NCBI RefSeq assembly: GCF_006345805.1
Contig: NC_043020.1
Span: forward strand, 24,056,001 to 24,120,000
Length of the DNA: 64,000 nucleotides
Origin: Octopus sinensis
Taxonomy: Eukaryota
Reading direction: 5' to 3'
The notes beneath the pieces were generated by a model. The model did not search any database, was not told where the DNA came from, and saw only the letters and a list, made by a program, of their open reading frames with translations. Positions 53,445 to 64,000 of this stretch are shown here, piece after piece. Both the position numbers and the translations under genes were made by a program. Within the stretch, counting starts at the first letter, position 1. The number at the start of each line of letters is the position of its first letter.

Positions 53445-54300
53445 AAAAACCTTCTGGTAATCCAAGCATTACCCTCAACTGCATTCTCCCCACATTCCTT
53501 GATGATCCTCCTCGTAGCAGATACATCAGCCGACCTCGAACGCAACCAGCTCACAGATGTAACCCTTCTCCCGAATCTCAGCTACCAGCTCTTCATAGCC
53601 CAACAGTTTCCGCTCATGGGCCTCAGCAATGCTCTCCTCCCATGGCACAATGACCTCCCCAAGGACCACACGTCTCTGACCCTCATCTACCAAACCAGGT
53701 CGGGCATGAGTGCTGACACAACGATACTTTCAGGCAATGGCTTGTCCACGAACACCTCCCATTTCTTTTCTTCGGCCTGCTCAGGTTTCTGTCTCTTCGG
53801 CTTCACACCTTGCTTCACAAATGCTGTCTTGCACAAGCTCAGTTCAGGCACTTGACCTTCTCTTGCAGCCGAAGCAACAACGTTTAGCACTAAATTATGT
53901 CTAAATGTATACCATCCAGACAGGAGTGCTTTTGGACAAGCTGACAGCATGTGCTTGCGGCTGCCATACTTCCCACACAAGTGGCACTGTGGACTCCGGA
54001 TACCCATTTTTTGAGATTTGCTGGAGACGGATGCACATCATACGCAGTTCGGATCAGAGTTTTCAAATGCTCTGCACTCAACCGCCACCCATCAGACCAC
54101 TTCAACTCCAGCTTTTCGACATCATCCCAATTCAGCCACCGACCCTGCTGTGCTTGTTGCTCTGCGTGGCCCAGACGCCTCTCATCTTCCAGCTGCCTTA
54201 CTTGTTGTTCAGTTAGCTTCTGCTCTTCTTGTTCACTTGATTCAGACCAGAACCGCTCTCTCTTGACAAGCCCCACATCAGCCCTGCCGTCTATCATCAC
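53445..54300 (-). mobile_element. HERO-like RLE non-LTR retrotransposon fragment, frameshifted
   Basis: QQGRWLNWD...LIRTAYDVHPSPANLKKW; CHLCGKYGSRKHMLSACPKAL...YTFRHNLVL; PDLVW / VLGEVIVPWEESIAEAHERKLLGYEELV...FEVG; ENAVEGNAWITRR. Confidence 0.8.
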
Positions 54301-54379
54301 TCCACGCACTTCACATCATGCTGGGACATCTCATCACAAATGTGTGTATATATAGTATGTAGATATATATATAATATAT

Positions 54380-54423
<44 letters not shown>

Positions 54424-54622
54424 TTGTGTGTGTATGTATATATATATGTGTGTGGTATATACATATAAACACATGTATAGAAGTAACAATTTTAGCAAAG
54501 CATTAAGCAACACTAAAAACAAATAAAAAACAAAAGAAACAACAAGCTTTTGACGGTTTTATAGATATATCAAAATTAGGATGCTATGATGCTAGGTGTT
54601 CCACTATTTTGTCCAATCCCTG

Positions 54623-54694
<72 letters not shown>

Positions 54695-54830
54695 TATATT
54701 ATATATTATATATATATATATTTGTATATATATATATGTGTATATGTGTGTGTATATATAATGTATATATAGTAATATTAAACTTGGATGGAATTTATGA
54801 TACTTATGAATTCCATCAATGGATTATTAT

Positions 54831-54877
54831 TATTGTAGTTATCCTATTGTAGTTATCCTATTGTAGTTATCCTATTG
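54831..54877. repeat. 14-bp tandem repeat x3 (TATTGTAGTTATCC)
   Basis: Direct observation. Confidence 0.9.
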
Positions 54878-55917
54878 CCACAGCTGAGAATGACGTCCCA
54901 AAACTGGTGTCACCAAAAAGTGGCTACCTTAGGCTGTAGCTGTCATTGTAGTGCAGGAGCAGCTTTTATATGTAGATTTAAAAAGTTTTCTGTAAACAAA
55001 TCGAAAGAATATTTTACACACACACACACATATATATAAAGCTTCTACAGGAGTTTCATATATTTATGTAATTTTCACATTTTCAGTAGACCCCATCGGA
55101 GCTTGAACTCGAAACTTCCGGTCGCATTGCGACGCATTATGTCAATTCTATTGAGTGTCCTCAGACCATTCTTTACATTATGGCTTTCTTACGTAGTCTT
55201 TGGGCCACAATTTTTGTGGAGATAGTCGTATAACCACCAGCGTATTGACCCAGTACCTCACAGATAATTTACTCTATCGACGTCAAATATATGAAAGAGA
55301 AATTAAACGGCATAAAACGCTAGAAAAAATACCGCAAGATCTATTGTCCGATGCTCCACCGATTATAGCAAATCCATCGCTTTAAAATGATGACAGTAAT
55401 GAAAATCAAATTCTTTAGATTTATTCGACTTTTGTCATTGATTTCGAGAGTGTATTGTATATTCTTCTATCTCGTTGCTGCTGTTTTGCTATCTGTGTCG
55501 AAACTGCGGTCAATTTGGATTGAAAGATAACATCTTAATTTAAGATTTCTTGGCTGAAGTTATTAAATATTGCAAGAAAGATTGCTCAGTGACGGTGAAG
55601 TAGGAGAGGATTTCGTAAATGTCTATAAAGGAATATTTGTGAATAGACCTATGCATGTATATGTGTGCGTCCCTCCGTGTATGTATGTGTGTGTGTATGC
55701 ACACAAACACACACACACACACACACACATACACACATATATATATATATATGCACATCCTATAAAAGCTTAGACGAGCGTGTGTGAGCCTGTACATACG
55801 TATGCTGCTTGTATAGTATGTGTATATATAAATATATGTATATAACTTATAATATGTTCACACACACCCATGCACTTGGTATGTATATGATTTAAACGAG
55901 TGCACACACACACACAC

Positions 55918-55960
<43 letters not shown>

Positions 55961-56758
55961 GACATATATAATGTTGGCACGTATGTGATGTATGTTAGTG
56001 CAAAATTTACAAAGATGGCGAATAAGTAATAAAAATATTTCAGTTTTCCTTTTTATATTGGAACGCTGTCAAAATCCCTTTTAGTCTCTAAATTTTCTTA
56101 TTTGGAATGCTTCTATTAAAGATTGGAGGGCACGCTACGAAAGATCCGTTAAGATGTTAACGGCGGCCATATTGCTGCTAGAATTAATGTCCAGAAGCAA
56201 TGCTTATAGCAAATTCATTTCAGTCTCTGAACTCGACTATTAAGTTTCTTGGTTCACGATGATTCAATCTGGACATTGTCTCGGTGCCGATGTGTTTGGG
56301 GTACGTTCCTAAATAGAACCAGCTTTCTGTTTCATTCTCTACGGTTTTTGGTGTTCTCTTTTTCTTTGTGAAGGGTAACACTTTATGTTACTGGGTCAAA
56401 TCAGGTTAAAGCAGAGTGTTGTGAATTGTATGCTTGTGTTTATGTGTGTATATGCATAATGTGGATGCAAGTGTATGCTATACGCATAATATACATGAAT
56501 ATGTGTACGTACACATAGATATCTGCCTGCTTGTCTGTCTGTATGCTTGCCCACCCATTTATCTGCCTACCTGCCTACCTGTCTGTTTATATATCTCTAT
56601 ATCTGTTTATCTATCCCTGTCAGTCTATATATACGTCTGTCTGTCTATATGTCAACATGTCTAAAAATCTATCTGCATGTCTGTCTGTCCCACTTTTGAC
56701 ATGATTGCCTGGGTATCTAAATATCTACCTGTATGTTATATATATATATATATACACA

Positions 56759-56983
56759 CAGAGTAGCCCAAAAGTAGGTTTACAGTTACTCAACTATCTC
56801 TTTTGCATTCATATATTAACAGTTTAGATCTTAATTATAAGAAAAAATGAAGCCATTATTCTATGCTTAATTTATATAATAAACAAAATGATTGTAAGAT
56901 AGAAATTTAAATGTATTAAAATATTTTAAAAGAAATTTTAAGGGCCTACGTGATAACTGTAAACCTACATTTGGGCTACCCTG
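56759..56983. mobile_element. MITE with ~30-bp TIRs, Tc1/mariner-type
   Basis: CAGAGTAGCCCAAAAGTAGGTTTACAGTTA versus TAACTGTAAACCTACATTTGGGCTACCCTG, followed by TA. Confidence 0.85.
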
Positions 56984-57015
<32 letters not shown>

Positions 57016-57140
57016 TATATATCCTTGTCAATCTATATATACATCTGTATCTACATGTCTGTATCTAACTACGTGGTCTGTCTGGCTATATGTCAACATG
57101 TCTCCTTGCATGCCTATCTGTCTCTCCGTTGACATATATA

Positions 57141-57175
<35 letters not shown>

Positions 57176-57183
57176 TATAATAT

Positions 57184-57230
<47 letters not shown>

Positions 57231-57241
57231 TATATATAAAC

Positions 57242-57995
57242 AACTTTAAGAAAGGGCTAAAGAAAATTATTCCAAAGCCAATATGCTGATTTTCCACATA
57301 TAATCTACTCGGTACAGAAAAATTGAACTGAAGTCGGGCAAGCTAACCATTTGAATATTTAAATTTCGTTATCTCTATATTGAATCGGAATTAATCTCAT
57401 AAAAAATTTATTCGTCTTCAGTAGAGCTTACGAGAGAATATAAATAAGATACTTACATGCGCCCATGGAAAGAGCCGAAGCAATAAACATAAGTACATTT
57501 AAGTACCCCATTTATATCTAAAAATAAAAATTCTTTGGTCAGCCTCAGAACAACGTGTTGACTGCTCGCCACTACAGATTATAGTGGTTACCAGTCTCTA
57601 TAGCGGGTAGTAATAAGTCTATTACTAATATAGGATGAAGTTTTTTGGCTTCGGCTTTTTCCATGGGCGCATGTAAGTATCTTATTTATATTTTCTCGTA
57701 AGCTCTACTGAAGACGAATAAATCTTTGATGAGATTAATTCCGAAATTGATTCAATATAGAGATAACGAAATTTAAATATTCTAACGGTTAGCTTGCCCG
57801 ACTTCAGTTCAATTTTTCTGTAGCGAGTAGATTATATGTGGAAAATCAGCATATTGGCTTTGGAATAATTTTCTTTAGCCCTTTCTTATAAGTTCTTTAT
57901 AATTTTAACCGTAAAGGTATTTTAATATGCTGCCATATTTCTTGATGGAATTCTTTTCTGTAGAGAGAAAAAACTTCATCCTATATTAGTAGTAG
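57242..57995. repeat. Long inverted repeat (~240-bp arms) plus a nested 28-bp inversion
   Basis: 57242-57482 is the reverse complement of 57648-57894; 57619-57646 is the reverse complement of 57968-57995. Confidence 0.95.
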
Positions 57996-58329
57996 TATAT
58001 ATATATATATATATACACACACACAGAGGCAGCTATATATTTCATCGTTGTTTTCAACTGAAAATGATCAAGTTCTACACAACTGACCACACAAGAAGTA
58101 GCTTTAATGGTCATCTGGCTTAAAATTCAGTTGAGTTCTCTTATACTTGTACACGATGGCATCCCGCTACATTCTACATTCGGTGGGTATTTTCAAAACC
58201 ATTTGACATTGTATGCTGTTTCTCTAAATGAATAGGAAGCGTTTGCCGCCTTTAAAATGAAATATAATATGGTAGAAATATAGATCTCCACCAAAAATAA
58301 CGGGAACGGTTGTATGTTAGGTTTACTTC

Positions 58330-58487
58330 CCAACCGTAAGGTCTCGTGTTCAGTCGCACTTAGTGGGTTCTTAGTCAGGTGTCTTCTGTTTTGTCTCGGG
58401 TCGACTAAAGCCTTATGCGTGAATTTGGCAGGCAGAATCTGCAAGAAACCCATCGTGTGTGTGTGTGAGAGAGAGAGATAGATAGAT

Positions 58488-58545
<58 letters not shown>

Positions 58546-58735
58546 ACTACAGCTTGAAAACTGGTGCTGGCTACGTACGTGCACTTGAACTAACGATTAA
58601 CAAAAGCAACCGATAGAATAAGTGTGAGACTAAAAATTATAAAGAAACGAATACTGAGGTCAGTTTGTGTAAATCTTTTAAAGCACTGCTCCAGCATGAC
58701 CGCAGCCGAATGGCTGGAGCGATTAAAAAAGTATA
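58330..58735 (+). mobile_element. SINE family B, diverged, with internal (GA)n
   Basis: GTGTTCAGTCGCAC...CGACTAAAGCCTTATGCG...GCTCCAGCATGACCGCAGCC. Confidence 0.8.
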
Positions 58736-60183
58736 GATAAGATACATTCAATAAATTTTAAAACTATAAATTTTTTTTATTTCATCATAAAATCAAAGAT
58801 TATGATATTATCAACGCTCAAATAGTGTGTGTGTATATATATATATAATGTGTGTGTATGTGGGTCTGTGTGTGTGTGTGTACCGTATGAAAGAGGCAAA
58901 TGAAAGAGGTTCTGTGTTGTGGTTCTAGAATTCTTTTTTGTGATAGACAATAATAACGGTAGAATAGTTCCTGTAATTATCGATATGTTGGCAGAAAAGA
59001 GAATCTTGGTGAAAAGAATGTGTTGTAGACTATCAGTGACATGGAGATATTAACGCTAAAAGGTGTACAATAAAGATAGCCATTAAAAACGAAAAAAGGA
59101 AATATATGGACGCATAAGTGTATGTTTGTATATGTCTATGTTTAAGTGTATAAGTGTAAGTATATATATATATATATATATATCTTTGTGTGTAATGCAT
59201 CAATCTAATATATGTGTGTGGGTGTGTGTGCCTACGTGAGTGCTTATACTACATAGTTATATTAGAAACGCGTACACACACGCACGTATGAGAAGGAGAG
59301 AGCGGGCGTATTCAAGGCTCCTTTTCCAAAATATATATATTCTTTTATTTGAATTTTTCGTTTCTTACGTCAGATATTCAAAACAAAGAATATAATAAAT
59401 AAACAAATGAACAAAAATCATCAATATATATTTAAAAAAAACCTTCACAAAAATCGAAATTAAACGATAAGAAAATGGTTAAAATGCACTGAAGCAATAA
59501 AATAAGCTGCAAGACAAATCGCTATTTCATTCTTTACCAAAGTAGTTCTCCTTTGGCTTTCTGTTGGTCATACTTGAGGTAAAATTGGAATTAATTATAA
59601 TGGCTATTTTCCAAGCATATTTATCTTTTAAAATTTATTTTTGGTTAAATCAGTTTTTTTTATTTTTTATTTTCGATTAAATATTTGTTTTTTTGTTCTT
59701 TATTTTATTTCCAGTTTATTGTGTTTTAATTTTCTGCTTTTCAATTTCTGGCCTTTCAATATTTAGTCATTTGCGTTTTATTTAGTTGTTTTATTGTTCT
59801 TTTTATATTTTCCGTCTGTTTTTGTCGGAGACATACTGGAAATAAAATATAAATGTTTGTGTGTGTGTGTGTAATATATATCTGTGTGTGTCTGTGTCTC
59901 TTTTGTACGCTCAGTCTAGCGTGCACATATGCATTCATATGTGTTTATGTGTGTATTTATGAGTATGTAAATTTATATGTTTACCTGTATATGAATGTGT
60001 ATGTATGTATTTGAGTGAATTTATATATGTGTGTGGATATATATAATATATATAATATATATATACATATGTATATATATATATATATGTATTATATATA
60101 TGGTACATATATATATAATATATATACATATAGCATTGTGTGTTATATATATATATATATATATAGTATATATATATATAATC

Positions 60184-60214
<31 letters not shown>

Positions 60215-62020
60215 ATATATTATGTGTGTGTGCATGAGTGTAAAATTAAAATTATTCCTGCGAATTTCTCTTAACGATCTTCGAAGTATTGTGATAAACG
60301 CATCAATGGAATTGGTTTATAACAAAATATGTAGGAAATATTTGATTATCATAACTAATTTTGATTGGAATGGAAACAGAAAAAAATGCTACTGGATCTC
60401 ATTCATTAACAAAAATTGCTGTTATTTGAAAATCTTTTGGGAGGTGAAGCCGAAGAAAGGACATGGTAGGGAACAAAAATATTTGTCTATAGAATACAGA
60501 AAATGGAAATAAACAGGCATAGAAATGTATGTATATGAATAAAAATGCCAATATATTAAACAAACGTGCATTTGAACGCAGATGGAAAATTATAGTTAAA
60601 ATGTAGAAAGGATGGAGCAGGAATATGTTTAAAGGGGAGGGAAAAATATAAAAAATAAAACATTTTAATGGCGGGAATTCTCTAAAATGGGGTAAAAATA
60701 ATAATAAATTGTAGTGAATTCTTTTCGTTCAAACTGTTCATTTTTTTTATCCTTTAAACTTGTAAGTTATTACTCTTGCATGCCTTGTACAGTTCAGCTA
60801 TAATTTCCTATCTACGCTCACATAATTTATATTATATATATTCATATACCCGCCTTTCTATATTCTTTTATTTTTCATTTCTATACACGCTTGTTTTGAC
60901 GCACCAGCCACCCGCCATTTCACTGATCTATCTTCGCAATAAATTTTCAAAAAAGCTGTTATTTTGCTTAATGAATATAAAAATCCAGTATGTTTATTCT
61001 CGCCCCTCCCTTTAAATGTGTCGCGATATTAAAATATTCTAGACATGTTCTATTATATTACATACAGTTTCCCTAGTTCCATTGATCATAATATTGTCCG
61101 AAGGTCGGAAACTGAGAAAGGTTTTGTGGAGTTTCCGAATTTCAATAGAAATACGTCATAACCTACAAGATCGAGTACACTTTTCTTTCATATTCTACAC
61201 ACGTTAGTTTTTAAATACACGCACCTGCCTCCATACTCACACACTCACAAACATATATTTATACTATATATATGTATTGTATGCTGTTGTTTAGATGACT
61301 ATGTATGCATATATATTCCGAAGCTTGTTATGGCTATATATATCTGTGGGTGTGTGTCTGTATATATATATATATATACATATATATTATAATATATATA
61401 TATATTATATATATAATATATATATCTATATAATATATATATATATTATATATATATGTATATATATATATATACTTATGTATCTCTGTGAGGGTGGTAT
61501 AGATTAATATTCTAATATATATATATACATATGAGTGTATGGCTTTATATATGTCCGTGCGTATATAAAATCCACGATATATGAATATATATATATATAT
61601 ATATATATGTTGTGTTTAGGTGGCTATGTATGCATATGTATCCTTATCTTATTATGGTTATATAATCTCTGTAGGTGTCTATATATATATATATATATAA
61701 TAATATATATATATATACATATATATATATGTAGCTCTTTGTGCGTTTGTGTATAGATAAATATTCTACTATATATATGTATATATATGTATATATATGT
61801 ATATATATATATATATTTTTAATTCTTTTGCTTTTCCTTTTTATTCGACCTGAGTTTTAGTGCTTCCTTAGAAAGAAGATGCTTTGTTTGAGTGCGAGCG
61901 CGCGCGTGTGTATATTTATCTATATATGACTATATGTGTGTTTATGTGTGCATACTGATATATGAGAATCTGTACCCATGAATATATTCCTATAATTTTA
62001 TATATGTGTATGTATGTATA

Positions 62021-62075
<55 letters not shown>

Positions 62076-62193
62076 GTATAAGTGTGTATATATTTATATA
62101 AATGTGTTTATGATTCGTTTGTTTCACCTTTTTTTCTTATTCTACATTATAAACTTTATTTCCTCAATAAATATATACATAATCATCACGCAC

Positions 62194-62225
<32 letters not shown>

Positions 62226-63276
62226 GCACACACACATATACACATATACATACATATATACACATACACACACAAAGAGTAGCAGGTATTTGATTATATC
62301 TTTAACAAATACTCTTTAGGTGGAATCTGCCAATTCCTAAGAGCTACCAATAATAAAGGAGCCTATATTTAGCCATAGAAAATTCGTTGGTGTTTGTATA
62401 ACTCGTTAGTTTAAATGGCACGGCTTAGCTTAAACCTTTGCTTGTGGGCGTTGATTGCAAAATTGGCAACTTGCTACGACCTTCTGTAAAATGTAATAAA
62501 ATAATGTGTAAAAACAAAACAAAAAATATATTAACCTAAAAATCCTTATTGTTAATCGCCTCTATTAGATTTATGGTTCGTTATCAAAGATACAAAATGG
62601 CCGACATCTCTGACGAAACAGAGTTGGTGTGGGGGTAGCTGGTTTGGCAGAAAAAAAGGAAGAGCAGAAGAGTTGCTTCTATTCCGTTGCAGGCTATATA
62701 GCTCTTACACCCATCCAGCCCCAGCACTGTTACATCGTGGCCCCTTTTTGGAATAAACTCATATTAGATTTGTTTTGTTTGTTCCACTTGCTCTCTGTTT
62801 GTAAATTGGTTAATAAGAATTAGAGAATCGATGGCAAGAAACAGAGAAAGACAGAGAGGGAGAGAGGAGACTGGAAGAGTAGAATATAAAATGTTAGGGA
62901 GAGATTAGATAAAGAGAAGGAGACTGATTAATAACTGGCCGAATCGATCGGGAATGGTTTTGTATCATCAGACAAGCGCTGATAATACACTTATTCGTAA
63001 AGTGTTAAGGTATCTGCAATGCTTTCATAGCGGAGACACTAAGGTCGCATCGCCTCGGGTCATTTGACCTTACTTGGATACCACACGGGAATATAAGGCA
63101 AACTGTGGGGAACGGCATTGCTCTATACATTCAAAAATATTCGTTTCACATACATAGAGTTCCTACTTCGATTTCGATCCCGTTGCGTTGCTTCAGATTT
63201 CGGGCGTTTGATTGGAATTTGATAGCCACAAAACCCTTTATTACATATCTGTGTCTCATATATATATATATATATA

Positions 63277-63315
<39 letters not shown>

Positions 63316-63534
63316 AACAGTTCGATTCAATTTCCGTGGTACTTCAAGTTTCAAAGCCTGAAATGTATTGCGTGCCTTCCTTCGTTGGTTCACCCGTGTA
63401 TGTATGTAGTATGTATGATGTATGTATGTATGTATGTATGTATGTATGTATGTATGTATGCATGTATGTATGTATGTATGTATGCATGTATGTATGCATG
63501 TATGTATGTATGCATGTATGTATGTATGTATGTA

Positions 63535-63572
<38 letters not shown>

Positions 63573-63639
63573 AATTCAGGGTGAGTACTTGATAATTGTA
63601 AGCACCTGTATATACCGTTTGACGGTGTAGGTGGTGGAG

Positions 63640-63963
63640 TAAATTAATCAAAATGAAAACATGATGCCAAGGATTCAGCGGTACATATGTTTCGTCCATC
63701 TCGTCCATCTCTCAATGTAGAGAGAAGGACGAGATGGACGCTTCATTTTTATGCTGTTGCCGCATTATGTCGTACGCGAATGAGAGGATTTGCATCCGAA
63801 ACGTAGAATTTTTGATGTAATACATGTCCTTGAGGTAGTAGTTGTGCGCGGCTGAAGAAGGCCATAGACACACATTATGCATTGTTATAAATCCGTCTAA
63901 TAAAGGCCCGAAACATATGTACCGCTGAATCCTTGGCATCATGTTTTCATTTTGATTAATTTA
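63640..63963 (+). mobile_element. Penelope-like terminal repeat with a perfect 55-bp inverted copy of its 3' end
   Basis: 63640-63694 is the exact reverse complement of 63909-63963; an extra 14-bp inverted repeat pairs 63693-63706 with 63727-63740; hammerhead motifs lie inside. Confidence 0.75.
63848..63925 (+). ncRNA. Type I hammerhead ribozyme motif
   Basis: GCGG-CUGAAGA-A-GGCC...(41 nt)...GGCC-C-GAA-ACAUAUGU-A^-CCGC: 4-bp GC stem I, palindromic stem III, imperfect stem II closure. Confidence 0.6.
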
Positions 63964-64000
63964 TATATATATAATCATATATATATATATATATATATAT

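Noticed and set aside
63057-63070. Nuclear-receptor-like inverted repeat GGGTCA-TT-TGACCT
   Set aside because: A single short motif with a 2-nt spacer, expected by chance in 64 kb.

Overview
This is AT-rich eukaryotic non-coding DNA, very dense in microsatellites ((TA)n, (CA)n, (TATG)n, (CTAT)n, (TAA)n) and tRNA-derived SINEs. The SINE and microsatellite landscape resembles an octopus (coleoid cephalopod) genome; this is an inference, not a database result. I found no convincing host protein-coding exon, and almost every ORF in the track is a translation of simple repeats. The real coding remnants are all transposon-derived: four mariner relics (two with both TIRs), two L1/Tx1-type LINE fragments, a CR1-type 3' end, and two RLE-type retrotransposon fragments (R4/Dong-like and HERO-like). 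Non-coding mobile elements include two adjacent non-autonomous Helitrons, MITE/foldback elements, and Penelope-type terminal repeats. The most interesting signals are: (i) minimal type I hammerhead ribozyme motifs at 17790-17826 and 63848-63925, the second inside a perfect 55-bp inverted repeat that could switch it off; (ii) a two-piece inverted insertion copied from nearby DNA into a mariner; (iii) two long fold-back structures; (iv) a same-strand cluster of a TGCGTCAGTTACA motif; and (v) a 33-bp degenerate minisatellite. All alignments and folds were done by eye, and most coordinates are approximate.
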